A DNA stretch of 64,000 nt from Trypanosoma brucei. Lineage: Eukaryota. The position numbers were made by a program, and so were the translations under genes. This document shows, one piece after another, positions 9,778 through 23,300 of the stretch (position 1 is the first letter of the stretch; each line of letters opens with the position of its first letter). The stretch lies in contig CP000067.1 in the NCBI GenBank assembly GCA_000002445.1, forward strand, positions 224,001 through 288,000. Reading direction: 5' to 3'. The notes under the pieces were generated by a model. That model worked only from the letters and a program-made list of their open reading frames with translations. It was not told the DNA's origin and ran no database searches.

Positions 9778-11046
9778 TCACCACGGCGCACTCATCTCAG
9801 GCAAAAGCACCTCTACTGGAGCTTTTGGAAAAGTTACACGAACGGTTGTGCCGCTTCCCGGGGTGGTGTAAATGTCAATGCGCCCATTCCAGAGATCCAT
9901 ATACACTTTAGAGACGGGTAAACCAAGACCGAACCCGCTGATGAGTTGGCACAAGGAAGTATTTGTGGACCAGCCAAACTGCCAAAACTTGCCGGCGACC
10001 TCGAGGCTGACACCATCGGCAGTGTCCACCACATCAACGATAACGTGCGTGTCGTTTGTTGCAAAGTACACCTTCAACTCCATGTCTGTTGCCTTCGACA
10101 TAAGCGCCACACAGGCGTTCTTTATAATCTCTCTAAAGACATACGCAAGGTGTCCCTCAACAGAACGAACCACATCTGACGGCTGAGCTTGCGGTCCGCA
10201 GCCGGGTCGGGCCGTAGGGGAAACAGTTATGCTTGAAGTCGCTAATTGGCCTGCGGGAAGGGTGGTGAAGAGGTTAGGCCGCTCCTCAACCGTTATTGCC
10301 AGCGAACCACCGTGAGCGGCCTGCACCACACGTGTGTAAAGATCAATAACAACCATTCCCGCATGCTGCAAAAGTGAAGCAACACACGGGTCGACACGAA
10401 TAACGGGGCCAAACCGCCCCGGCCCAACGAGATGGAGCAAATGTTCATGGATCACACGCCATGAAACGCGGCGGCGGCAAAAACAATAGATCCAGTAATT
10501 GACGTCCGGCGAATTGATACACTTCTCGTTAACAGCAACGTCCAGCAAATTTTCCCGCGGACGCAGACCCTCCAGCAAGTCAATGAAGCGAGTTTGCACG
10601 GAATCTTGTGCGTCCTCTGAGAACTCCAACGCCTTGTCGACGCCTTCCCCATCACTAATTTCGCTAGACAAAGTGGAACCAACGTCGCAAACCTTGTCAC
10701 TCTCCGGTTGCTGGAGATACGGATCAACCATCTCTGTCAAGGCGACACATCGCTCAAACTCACTCTTGCAAATACTCTCCAGTGGAACCAACTGAGCGGC
10801 GGTTTCACGGTCCAAATTTCGTTTCAGGATTTGGCTCGCGAAAGCTCGGTAACTGCGTGCCGTACGAGCGGTCAGTTGCTCAACAGCGGCGCGTATATGC
10901 TGGCGGTCATTCCCTTTCATGTCGCGCAAGTCCATAGGACGGAGTGGTACCTCTAAAAACTTCTTTAGAGCTCGGTTACTGCATCTCGGTGTTGCTGAAG
11001 CGAAAAGACATCTCATACTACCTGTTCTGGTTATGTTAATGAGCAC
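9778..11046 (-). CDS. Mitochondrial PDK/BCKDK-family protein kinase (GHKL ATPase fold).
   Basis: 422-aa ORF. C-terminal GHKL boxes: N-box-like VFREIIKNA, DVVDTADGV, GFGLGLPVSKVYMDLWNGRIDIYTTPGSGTTVRV. The true start may be the internal M11 (MRCLFASATPR, presequence-like). Confidence 0.75.
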   Translation of the reverse strand: MLINITRTGSMRCLFASATPRCSNRALKKFLEVPLRPMDLRDMKGNDRQHIRAAVEQLTARTARSYRAFASQILKRNLDRETAAQLVPLESICKSEFERCVALTEMVDPYLQQPESDKVCDVGSTLSSEISDGEGVDKALEFSEDAQDSVQTRFIDLLEGLRPRENLLDVAVNEKCINSPDVNYWIYCFCRRRVSWRVIHEHLLHLVGPGRFGPVIRVDPCVASLLQHAGMVVIDLYTRVVQAAHGGSLAITVEERPNLFTTLPAGQLATSSITVSPTARPGCGPQAQPSDVVRSVEGHLAYVFREIIKNACVALMSKATDMELKVYFATNDTHVIVDVVDTADGVSLEVAGKFWQFGWSTNTSLCQLISGFGLGLPVSKVYMDLWNGRIDIYTTPGSGTTVRVTFPKAPVEVLLPEMSAPW

Positions 11047-11464
11047 GGAAGAAGAAGGATAAAAAAAAACGAAACGGAAGAAATAAATGCACGAACTTAC
11101 TCAATCCCCTCACCGACTCGACTGGTTGCTTCAGCACCCTTTGCCCTCCATGTGAAGCCGGGAGTAAACAAAATAAGTGAAAACCATATGCAAGTACATT
11201 TGATTGTCAGGCGGCTCCCCCTCCCCTACCCAACAACAAAAAAAAAACGATCATCTCCCCTTTGTAGCGCGTGGACACCATGTATTTAGCTTCCGTCACC
11301 ACCAGTTAGGTTGACTGGGATGCTAAAGTTGATCTTCCACCGTTGCCACATTTTGGTAACGGATGCACACACCTTTCTTTTGCAAGGGCAGCGGGGTGAG
11401 AGCAAGTGGAACGGGGAGGGAAAATATATACAAAAACAAACAGCCGTCGTTAAGGAGAGCCTCG

Positions 11465-12031
11465 TTACGGTTTTCCTTTAGACAATTCATATGCCTTCCT
11501 CCCTGCCTCACGTTCTCGTCCTATAACTTGCTCCAAGTCTGACCACAACCGCGCTTCATCCACCAAATGCTGCTGCACTCCGGAATCGTACCAATCGACG
11601 TACAACCTACGCCGTTCCTTACCCTTGACAACTCCGTGCTCTATCCATTGCAACTTCTCTAGTTCCTCCATGCCAAAAGCCCAATTGTCAATTATGATGT
11701 GTCTTATCTCGTCCTGCTTTTTCCCTAAAGCCTCCCTCTCCTCTCGTTGTCTCCGCTCCTCCTCAAAACGAGCTTTGCGTTCCTCCTCTGCTCGGGTTAA
11801 GTAACGAAGTGCGAGATTGGTGGCAACTATCTCTCCATCAACACGAACATGCGGAGAGGCCTCTTGTTTGGCAATGTCCCTTGCTGTTGGCGGATACTCC
11901 TCACCAAGAAGAGAAATCCGCCGCTGCACATCAGCCGCCAAACGCTCCTCCTCCGTTTTCGTCTCATGGCGACACCAAAGCAGTGTGCAGTCTGCCAAAT
12001 GTACACCTGCCGCCTCTATATTATTTCTCAT
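11465..12031 (-). CDS. Hypothetical charged coiled-coil protein.
   Basis: Start trimmed to MRNNIEAAG (ATG at 12029-12031); the longest ORF to 12184 adds a low-complexity extension. Glu/Arg-rich predicted coiled coil (EEERKARFEEERRQREEREALGKK). No recognised family. Confidence 0.45.
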   Translation of the reverse strand: MRNNIEAAGVHLADCTLLWCRHETKTEEERLAADVQRRISLLGEEYPPTARDIAKQEASPHVRVDGEIVATNLALRYLTRAEEERKARFEEERRQREEREALGKKQDEIRHIIIDNWAFGMEELEKLQWIEHGVVKGKERRRLYVDWYDSGVQQHLVDEARLWSDLEQVIGREREAGRKAYELSKGKP

Positions 12032-12535
12032 TCTTTCTTGGCGGAAAGTTATACACACACTAGTACAAAGCACGGAAAACGTGGGTAAGCGTACATAAGC
12101 ACCGCAAAGAAAGGGAATAAACCCATCATTGAAGGAGAAACCACAAGGAAATATGGAAGTAGGAGAGGAAACAAACTGCCTCAATTCGCACTATAACATC
12201 AACAAAGGGGAGTGACATCAGGCACGTTATGCGTAGCCTCTAGTGCACGTGTAAGCGCTTGCTTGGAGCATTTTGCCAATACGCGCACAGCAGCAGCAGC
12301 GACACATCTCTCTAGCTCCCCATATGGAGGACATGGACATCACCAACAAAAAAATCAGTAAGAATGGTGTTGGTAGGCAGACAAAACTACAACACACAGG
12401 CACAAAAACACAAACACAGGCACCGGCAGCCAAACAGTCACAGAAAATCGAGACAGTTACGAACTTTTTTTCTTGAAATAAAAGTTTGAGTTCTCCTCAA
12501 CACAAACACAAACATGCAAATCCTCCGCACTAACG

Positions 12536-13438
12536 TCACAAGAAGAACTCGTCGACAATGCTCGTGCCACAGCCCTCCTTGTTGCACAACGCTCCTACGC
12601 CAGCTAATGCATTTGCAACGACTTTATGAACCCTGTGGAAATTCTGCTCCGCTTGTGGACTTCGCGCTACAACAAGGATGCGCCAGATGGGAGTATGGTT
12701 GTCCACTTGCTGTATTTTCTCCACACGGAGTTCAACACTAAGGGATGTGGAGCCCCGGTAAAGCTCCGCCACAAATTCGGGCTCTATACTTAGAGATTTG
12801 GTCAGGATCATGTGCGGCGTTCCGACCTTTGAATTGAAACCAGGAAACACAGACTGGAGCTGCGAAAATGTGGTAATACGATCCTTATCCTTCGTGGCAA
12901 CATTGGTTTCGTACAAAAATAACCGCGTGTTGTCGACAGTAATCGCCTTCACGCGGTACGAAGCTTTCTCATAGTCCACGTTCGGGAGGGCCTCCATCGA
13001 TATTGTGCGCTCGGGGTCACACAGAGAATGATCAATGTACAACAATTTCCACAGTACAACTGAGGCAAGGCCCGACTGTCGCGCGAGACGAAAGCCTGCA
13101 CTCTGCAGCGTCGCTTGGGACGTGTCGAAAACATCAAGCTTTATGGCCTGATGACTTGCGGCGACTTCCACGGGTACGACTCGTACACCACTAATACCGA
13201 GAGAAGCAACAATTGTATCCAGCACGGTACTGTTATTTGAGCCGAACCGGCCGTACATGCTGTGAATTGCCATACTTGCTTGTGTCTGGCACGTTGCCAC
13301 CCTCGTTTGCATCGACGCAACCAGCACGACAAAAGCGATAGCGACGGCAGTGAAGATGAGAAGAAAACTCGTTAAGCGCTGTTGGAGCTCGACTACCTCT
13401 CGTCGGTTAAAAGCAGCACGGTGTTCGGTGTGGCCCAT
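12536..13438 (-). CDS. Hypothetical membrane protein with a single N-terminal transmembrane/signal-anchor segment.
   Basis: Start trimmed to MGHTEHRAAF (ATG at 13436-13438); the longest ORF to 13717 adds a Leu/Phe-rich extension. The hydrophobic segment LTSFLLIFTAVAIAFVVLVA is followed by a roughly 250-aa soluble domain. Confidence 0.45.
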   Translation of the reverse strand: MGHTEHRAAFNRREVVELQQRLTSFLLIFTAVAIAFVVLVASMQTRVATCQTQASMAIHSMYGRFGSNNSTVLDTIVASLGISGVRVVPVEVAASHQAIKLDVFDTSQATLQSAGFRLARQSGLASVVLWKLLYIDHSLCDPERTISMEALPNVDYEKASYRVKAITVDNTRLFLYETNVATKDKDRITTFSQLQSVFPGFNSKVGTPHMILTKSLSIEPEFVAELYRGSTSLSVELRVEKIQQVDNHTPIWRILVVARSPQAEQNFHRVHKVVANALAGVGALCNKEGCGTSIVDEFFL

Positions 13439-14337
13439 CACTACCGCTTGTTGTGGAGCTTTCGCTAAGGAAAAGAACGATAGTTGCAGTGGCGGATGTC
13501 CTTCCACAAGGAAAACGACGATGCGAGTAAGGGAGAACGGAATAGTTTCCCTCCAACAAATACGAACTAAGAAAGGGGCGGAAAGAAGGAGGAAGGGCAA
13601 GAGTTTAAGTACAAAACGGAAGACAACTGAGTAATGTATAGGGACATCTGTGCATACACATGCTGATGGCAGTAGCAGTGGTATGGGGAAAAAATTATGA
13701 AAAGGGAGAGCAGCCACGACAACGGTGTAGGTTACATGTCTTTCTACAGATTAATGGTATTTCCCTCGTCCCTTTTCGTATCCATACATATAGGAGCTGG
13801 AGGCGATGCCCAGAAACAAGTATCGTTGGAAGGGTAGAAAAGAGATGGACAGATAAATATATGTAAAAGAAGTGGTGAGGGGGGATAAAGTAAGCAAAGA
13901 CAGCATCAAAGTGAAGGAAAATACATGGTCTAAAATTATGGCGAGGATAGCGAATGATTATATACATGCAGGCTCAGTGGAACGGTGGAGAAGATCCTTC
14001 CCCGAACGTACCACTCTTTCTACCCATTCTCTATTTGTTATACGCAATGTTGCTTTTATCACATCTCTCTCGGCACTCCCACAGTTCTTGTCCCCATCAC
14101 CATCTCATTGCATTTTTTTCTATCTCTTGCCTTTACTTCGAAGGTTTTACTTCGACCCTCCCCAAAACAAAAGGACACTTAGAAATTTAGCACACGTGCC
14201 CACACAAATGCCATCAGCAAGCCTGAAAGACTAGCGCCCAACAAAACAAACGAAAAATTACACCTCTATGAGTAAGAAGGGAAATCAAAACCAGAAAAGA
14301 AAAAAAGGAGGGAGAAGAAAAAATCAAAAAAAATACA

Positions 14338-17300
14338 CTACTCATCTGAATCGAGAATGAGTGCGACCGACTCTAATGTCCACAAAGATGCGTGTGTGTC
14401 AGTTTTCAAGTCAGCCTCCAACACTAGTCCAACACCAGCCGCGTTACGCCGCTCGGAGGTGACGTACACTGGTGTTTTCAGCACCGATACAGCCTTAATC
14501 TTTGACACCTCCATCGGAATAATCTGCATGACAGGCATTTCAGCAGTCAAAACCTTCTTCACCTGTGGCGCGAGGCAGTGCCTCTCAGTGTCCCAGCGAG
14601 CCCCTTCGATGAAAAGCCCACACACGTACGCACCGTCCTTCGGTCTCTCCTTCACATCATTAGGGGAAAGATAGCGAGTCACTGACATCACCACCGAAGA
14701 ACGGTCCAGAGGCCACTTGTAGCGCCGGCATGTCACCTGCACAAGCGCAGATATATACGATTCAGGCACCATGAGGCCGGTAAGCCACATACATTTCGGT
14801 TCACCATGAGTGGCCCAATCGACATACTGCTTACAACGCTTCTGGAAATGAGCTAACCAGCGAACCAGCTTCTTCCTTGTGGCGGGTGCATACCGTCGCC
14901 ACGACGACGGAAGATGGCCATTGTGTAAAGACGTCGCCAACTCATCAAGCTCACTACTCATGCCAATAATACCAGACAGTGCCTTCTGAAGCTCCTTAAG
15001 AGACAACACAATCACCACGACCAACCGATTCCACCGTTCGATCTCCTGTAAAAGCACGACCTGCGTCGGCTGAAGGTTTTCGTGACCACTCTCCGCTGCC
15101 TTCTCCTTTTCACTCCTCATTATGCTCTTGCGATCCAGTGGTTCTGGGATCTGTGCAAGTATCTCCTCCGTCAACTTCAACAAAACCTCCTCACGAGATT
15201 CCCCTCCCCCTGTCGCTGCCCGCACTGATCGCGGCATCATTTCAATAAGACTAGCCCACATACCATCCACAGCATTTCGCAGGTAACCCGTCTCCGCATT
15301 CGGGTGCAATCCAAAGACCTCAGGTGTATTATCCTTCGGGAAGGCCTCAACATGGGCCATCATCTGCTGAAGCAGCACTCGTTTGTTCACATCGTTGCTG
15401 TCGGCGGGGAGGCAGTAGTCGACTACGTCGTTCTTGAAGAAGTGGAACGACTGGAATGTGTCAAAGAGGAAATCGCCAAAGTACTCCTCAAGGTACGTCT
15501 TAACAATGCGTCTGTCCATGCTGTCGGTCACACGCCCACCATACATGACTTCACCAACTAGGTAACGCAACGTATCCCATGGAATAGGGTCGTCGTTCTG
15601 GTGGGCCTTAGCCAAGTACGTATCCAGCAACCGCATGGAGACGGAGAAGTCCGTCTCGTTAAAGTCGTACACAACGTTCCAGCCGATCTTTCCATACTTT
15701 CGTCGCTCCTGCACAACAGCGTGAAAGAAAGCCAATGCGAAGACAAGTGGGCGGAAGGCACTATGCGGACATTCTTCCAGTTGATCCTCCGTCACCTTGG
15801 AGAGAGTGTTCTTCATATTCATCTTCAAGCCATTGGGTGGCTCGTTCACCACCTTCAGAGACCGCTGCAAAATACCCATTGGGAAGTCACGACTCGGCTC
15901 AGTGGTGAGCCACAGGCGAAACTCCTCTTGAGGAGGTGTCTGGTTCATTCTCTCAATGACCTTCTCCAGCTCCTTCATCCACGTAGTGAGTAAGTGACAG
16001 TTCTGCAGCAATACCCAATGTCCTCGTCCCACACCAACCTCTACGAGCTTCATAGCCTCTTCTCCTTGTCCCTGACCAAGTGAAATGGGTCGCAGTTTCT
16101 GAATTCCAACCTCCTTCGTGGCCAACTTGATGATTTCATCCGTGGGGTTGGCACCAGGTGAAACGATGCAGACAATTGGGGACGTGGAAGAGCTCTTGTC
16201 CAGCACGTCTTTGTAGCTCAGAATCGGGGGTATAACGTACTCCTCACCAAGTAGTTCACAGTTACTAACGAAGTTGGAAACAGCAGTGTAGATACGGTCA
16301 TGGCGGAAGCAACGGAGCAAACAGAGAAGCTGGAACTCGGTGATGCGCTCGCTGTACCCGGATGGAAGCGGATTGCTCGGGTCCTCGGGCCGATCCGCCG
16401 TCGCCCAAACACGCCATTCCTCGGAGTTATTGACAACATCGTCGCATACGTTTTCAAAAACCTCGCATGTGTGGGCCAACTTGCAAAGATCGTTCCATTG
16501 CCGCTCAGACATCCACTCAACCGTGTGTGGTGGGTAATCCTTCGACGCGAGCACACATCCGCGGAGGAAGAACTCCAACTCACTGTGGACCATCTGGTTT
16601 TCTTGAGTGAGAAGTCGGATAGCCATTTGGAAGGAAAGCATCAGTTTGTCCTTCTCGAAAATACCCATGCAAACGTAGCAGTAGAGATTGTAAGTAAGTG
16701 CGCGAATGATATTCCTCAACCGATCCTTTATTTCAAATGATGCGTCACTCTTTGTGATTGAATACCCGAACACATCGTGCAGGAAAGCAGAAAGTGAATA
16801 CTCGTACATAGAGTTAATGACCGATAGCTCCGAGATGACAAAGTAGAGAACAGCTCCTCGGCGTGCCGCGGGACGATACTCCTGACGTGAAAGTTCTGTC
16901 ACACGAGCTGTCTCCTTCGCCTGCTCGAGTTTCTGCTGCACTTCCGTGGCGCTGCTCTTAGTGTTCTCAAGTGTGGCGATAAGCTCGTCGTTGTCAAGAA
17001 TGTTTCCAGTAGCAAGCGTTAGCTCTCGAATAAGCGTATCCTCTAATTCCTTCAGTTGCGCGCGGCTCTCAGCCATGGTTTGCACTAGATCCTCACTTTG
17101 CCTCTGTAGATCGCTACGTTCACTTGCTACAACGAAGTTCAACAACTGACTCTCGAGACCATCCTCCGTAACACCGTAGTTGATAACCATGGTTTTACCG
17201 AACACCTCTGCCGGGTACTCGGGATTGGGCAGTTTGGTGCATAAATACAGCTTGAAGTTCGAGTCCCATACGACATCCTTGTCACCCAAGCGAATGACAA

Positions 17301-20300
17301 GCTGACCTGAATCGTGTCTAAACTGGGGATCCAAGACCGAGTCAATAATTGGATCAATAAACTCATCCACACCTTCAAAGAGGAACGGATTGCCGTATTG
17401 AATAGCAAACTCCAAACGTTTCAAGAAGTCAGCATCACTAAACGAAGCACACTCGAAACGTGGGTTTGACTTGTGCTGCCGTTTGATCCAATTTACCGCC
17501 TGCATCTGTGGGTCAATGCAGAGTGGGAACCGAACTCGTCCTGCCTTCTTCCCGCGTCCAGGGGGTTGTGTGCTCATCGTGGTAAGAATACCATTTTGCA
17601 CGGAGAGATCGTCAGACGGGAGACCGTCACTTGCCCACTGAGAAATGGACACCTCGTCGGTAAGGAGATGTTGGATTGTGAAACCCTCCGAAAGTGGAAT
17701 GTTTCGCTCCCTAATATCCTTCAGCCACACACTCTCTAGCGCCTCTTGCCGATAGCTGAAGGTAAAGGCGCCAAGATATGAAAGGAACGCGGCACCTGCC
17801 AAGCAATCGCCTACTAACCTGTTCCTTACGTCACCAAGCGTCTCCTTCTGTTCCGCCCACCGCACACGTTCGGAACCAAAACCATCGAGCAACTTCCTAG
17901 CTGCATTTAGTCGTCGTTCCATCAGTGCCTTTTCTTGCTGAAGTCGCCGGGCTTCGCTCATACCGGCCTCAAGTCGTTCCTCAAGCATTCGCAAACCAGC
18001 TGTTAGATCCTGAATTTCATCTTGGCACGCAGCTAACTGCCGCTCCGCCTTGGCCTTGGCATCCTGAAGCTCACGCACACGAGCCTGCTTGGGTAGCACC
18101 TCCTTGGCGGTGTTCCAATACGCTTTCATTGCCTCAACCCAAATCATCAGCCCTGAAGCGGCCAAACTTACTTTTTTAAGGTCATTGGAGTTGACGGGAA
18201 ACTCTTTGAGAATCCTATTGATTTCGTTGATTTTCCCCTGATTCAGTGTACCTGCAAGGGAATCAATATCAACCAAAGAACGGATGAAGTCATTCTGCCC
18301 CATCATTGTTCTACCCGACTCCCATGTGGCGGGAACTCCCTTCACGACGCAAACCATACGAACAACCGCCACAACACTCGCCGGTGGCTTGGCAAAGGAT
18401 TTGAGCTCTGTAATACTCTTGGGGTTGATATGCTTAACTGCCTCTGTCGCCTCCTCAAGAGCCGGCATCGCAAGGGCAAGCACCTCTTGGGCCTGCGCAC
18501 TCTCTCTCTCGATTTCTTCGTTCTGTACATTGAGCTCCTCCTCCATCACTAATGCCTCCGCCTTGCGCTTCTCATTCCGTGTCTTTTGGTCTTTAATCTC
18601 ACTCGTCATGCGTTCGTTAATGTCTTGCTTCTCGCGCAGCGTCACTTCCTTCTCTGCAAGTTCCTCCTGAAGAACCTTCACATCCTCTTGTGCGTGGTCG
18701 AGTCTCTCAAGACCAATAGCGAACTTCTTCACGAGATCGTCAATGTCTTCACGGCGTGTGGTCAACAGTTTTGAGTAATTAGCAAGAAACCCTAGGAAGT
18801 TCTTTGGCGTCACGTAGTTATACCGCTTCAATTCCATCTGATACCGTGCGGACAAATCATCAGCCGTTACATGCACGTAAACCACATGATTAACTATAGA
18901 AGCCTTCACTTCCTCAGGAAGGTCCTCAGACTGAAGAATCCTCGTACCAACGGCTTCAAGCGCCTGTGGAGGCCACTTCTGAAACCAGTCGATTGTTGTG
19001 TTATTGATAAGTGCTGGGAAGCTCCGACATCGAGTACGCAGGACCTCCCCCGACGGACTCATTGAGAGCACCACGTGCAAATTATCACGGCAACGCGAGA
19101 CAAAGGCCGTCCATTTGTTGTCCTTCGACGGTGCAAGTTTGTTCGCCTCAAGTTCCCGCAGCACACTGTTGTACAGAGGCTCCTTTTCTTCCTCTGTGAA
19201 GAGAGCTGGAACCATACCGGAGGCAAGCATGTTGTTGATAAGCTCGAGAAACCCTTCCTCCTTGACGTGGCTATCCATAAAGAGGAAAACAACTTGTTTC
19301 TGCTGAACGCCAACTCGAGTGTAGAGTCGCTTCAGGTCCTCGCGAAAACAGTCCTCGTTGTAGTTACGAGAGAGAACCACCTCGAACACCTCCATCTGGC
19401 ATATCGCGGCGGCCAATCGGGTGAGCGACTGCTTACCACTACCACCAACACCAACAAGTAGGCAGTTACCGCGCGGGAGTGATATCACACGTGTGATCCG
19501 GAGGAGGTGATCCAATGCCATGTCAAACATCACTAGATCCATTTTCTTTGTTGGAGTGTTAACCTCATCCAACATCGCCTCCACTAACTGACGCGCCTTC
19601 GAGTACTCGGCCCCAAAATCCTCATATATGTGCTTCCGGGGGTCTTCACTATCCACAACAAAGTCACCAAAGTCACCGAACATCAAGGGATCTGCAATTG
19701 CAGACTCGGCAACATCTGGGAAGTGTCTTCTAATTTCTTCCTCCACGGCACGTGACACAAACCCCTTGTCGTCCTCATCCGACATACGATCGACAAAGAC
19801 ACGGTAAATCTCATTTCGCCACAACCGCACAACGCTCTGTCGGGTAGGGAACTTCTCTGGCGTGGCACGGCAGAGACCCTCGTATACTCGTGAGAAATCT
19901 CGCAAATTGAAGATGTAGTGGAACTTCGCTGGGGTTGCAGGAAGGGATACGAACAACCGTTGGTAGAGGTTGAGCGTCATAGTGGTGAGTGGTATGGACA
20001 TATCTGCCACCTCCTTTGACATCGACTTATAAGCGTCGGTGAGAATTTGACCGTATATAGTGTTGATCGATTCATCGGAAGGAAACAAAACGTTAAACAC
20101 CGTGAAGAGTGATACGAAACGGGGATCAAGAGCATTACGACCACCTCCAGGAGGAGCCATGGCTGATACGAACTGCGTGTCACGCACATTCTTGAAAAGC
20201 AAATCTTTGCGGTCGTACCACGACTGGTGCTCAATGAGAAGTTTAAGGAAGGCAATAGGCTGCTGCGTACCATATAAGTCTACCTTGGGCATATTTATGT

Positions 20301-23300
20301 CGTCGATAAAAACAACAAGCCGCTTCTTCGCTGGAGGTCCGAGAACGGTGTTGGTGCGTTTCTCAATATTATCCTCCATAGCCCTCTGAGCATCGAGGCT
20401 GGTAGTACGAGAACTGAAGTTCATCTCGAGAATCATTTCCTCAAGGTGTACATCTCCATCAGTGTCCATCTCCAGGGACTTCTGCTTCAACTGACGAAGA
20501 TATGTTTGTATGGTTACCGTCTTAGCAGTGCCACTCTTACCGACAAGCATGACAGGAGTGCGGTTCAGTACAATTTTGTTCAGCAGCCACATATTACGCT
20601 CCGTATCGGGTGTACCGACGAGTAGTGAGCCAAACTTTGCCCCTGGTGGTCGCTCGAAGGGGCACACAAGTACGTGCCACGGCTTCCAACGGTTGTCCTC
20701 AAGATCAAAGAAGTAGTCGTACATTGTTTTACGCTCTGGAAGAGAGCCGCTTCCAACAAACCGAGTAAGGAACTTGTCACCAACGTCTTGCATGTTCCAC
20801 CCGGTAATCTTCTTCAAAAACTTATCGAATCGCAGTCGATCTTCCTCAGTGGTGATCAGGGCGCCGAAGCTCCAAACAGAGCAAAAAATGAAGACACATT
20901 GCAGCGCCTTTGGTTCGAGCGACGTCTTCTGAGATGATACAGTGTCAATTAAGGTAGTCAACTGCCGCACCATGTTTAGGTCAGAGGTAGGTATAACTGC
21001 CTTCGGAGGATCCGAAATCTCCTCTCCATCAATGCCTTCAAGCACAAAGTTGATGAGGGGTTCAATGTATTTGTCAATCAGTTCGTTGAGGGTTTCTAGC
21101 TCATCCCTCGGGCGGTTTAACTTCCAAGAGTGCATGAACGGTTTCCAACCGAGGTTTATGGGATCCAGGAAGACCATACCCACACGTGACACGGTGGCAG
21201 GGGACGCGTACTGAAGGTCACCGACTTCAAAGAGAAGTGAACTTGTTGGCAAAAGACGGATACGTTCACCGTTGGGAAGTGTAAGTAATTTGTTGTCGTC
21301 CATCACAGAATTCATGTCCTCAACCCATTTAGCGTCCACATCACCGTCGAAAACTACATACCGCCGCTCTCGCTCGCCTCCTTCCACAGGTCGGTTGATG
21401 GCACGGAAAATGTTTGAGAAAATACCATCAGCCCAGCTGCGAGTCATTGGGTCCATTACACCGTACAGAACAGTTGTAGGTTGCGCCTTAGGATTCACGA
21501 CAAAAAGTTTTGTCGGGAGACCGAGTTGTGTCTGAGACTTACACAAACAGTCAATAACAGTCGACTTACCGCCACCGGTGGGTCCTACGACCATCGAAGT
21601 GTGTCGAGTTTGCATTGTTTCATATAACTGGACAACCTTATCAACCTGTTTGGCATCGATGTAGAACCCCTTGTCCTTGAATACCTTTGTCGCAGCCCGA
21701 GAAAGATTTTCCTGAGGCGCACGTGTAGGATCAAGACCGGGGAATAAATCGCCGATAAGACCCTTGAAGAGGGGCTCATCTTCCGCAACGAACTTGGGAG
21801 TGTTCATGTCACGTAGCGCCCGCATCAGCACAGCTTCCTCCGACAAATCGGGTGCGCCTCGTTTCAGTTGCCCTGCCATCGCCAGCACCGCCTTTAGTGC
21901 CCTAAGACCCCAATCGTAGTGGTGCTGCTTCGAAAGTTGTCCGCGAGCGAGTTGATAGAGCGTCACCATCTTCTTTGCAAGTTCACGAGCGGTGGCAAAG
22001 CCCTCTGAGAAGAGCATATTCTCGGCAATAAGCTCCATATCGGGAACCACCATCACCACAGGACGGAAAAGAGCCTTCAGGTTATCTGGAAGCTCCACGC
22101 GACCAGCGTAACCCGGGTTCATGGTGATGAAAACACCAACGGTCGGCACAAGTCGTATCATTGTATCTCCGAAAAGAAATTCCTTTTCCCTCGTCTTCAG
22201 TGCACTCTGGATACTACGCAACTGCTCGGACACCACGGAAAGTACCGGTAACTCAATACGGTTGAACTCGTCGAAGCAACCCCACGAACCGGACTGCGAT
22301 AAGCCAGAAAAGATTGTTCCCATAGCTTTGTAGTCAAGACCCTCTCCACAGTTGAAAACAACACAATGAATGGACATCGCCTTCGCCAGATCCTTCACAG
22401 ATTCAGTCTTTCCCGTCCCTGCAGGGCCACCAGGAGCTCCGCCAAGGTAGAATGATAACGCCTGCGTAAGTGTCATGAAGCACCGATCAGTTAACGGTGT
22501 GATCACGAGGCGGCCGTTGAGTCCCATGTATTCATAACCATACTTAAAGTGACCTGTGCACTGCCGAATAGCACATGTGTCGCCATCCCGCTCCCAGTAG
22601 AATCGTAGCTGCGACTCCCAGTCGAATTCACGCACATCCGTTATGGAATCCCTTACAAACCGATCCACAATGTCGCGACCGTGGACATCCACAATAATCA
22701 GTGTGTTTATCTTCTTGGCGTACTGCTTATCTATGTCTTTATCCATCTCCCCCACCAAATCAATCAGTTGACGTGTTAGCTTACCCGAGAGATCCTTGAC
22801 TGCATTTTTCTTCCCCTTCTTCACTGCGTTGAAGGAATCCTCAACCTCAAACGTCCACCAGATCTTCGCACCCGTGAGGGTCACCATGCCATGATTCTTC
22901 TTCACCCAGTCCAAACGGGGCATCCGTGGGTAATAGTAAACACCTCCTTTAAGAAGATCATGCAGTGAGGCGTGTGTCTCGTCCAGTACAGCCTGCAGCC
23001 ACTCTTCCACAGGTGTATCTTCGGTTCGCACCTGTCTATCGAAGTTTAGTCGTTCACCCTCCTGTGACTCCACGCCACACACCGTATCATCATCCTCATT
23101 CTTGAATATAATCCGCGCAGAGTTGTCAAACATCTTCAGCATATGGTCCTGCACCGCTCTCGCCCTATTGGCAGCCAGAATGGATAACAATTCGTCATCC
23201 GAAATGAAGTAAAACCTTGGAAACATGCGTCGCTTCGTCTCGAGGAAGTTTGACAGATCCTTCTGGCACTCTTCAAGTTTCTCCTCAAGGTAACGGAACT

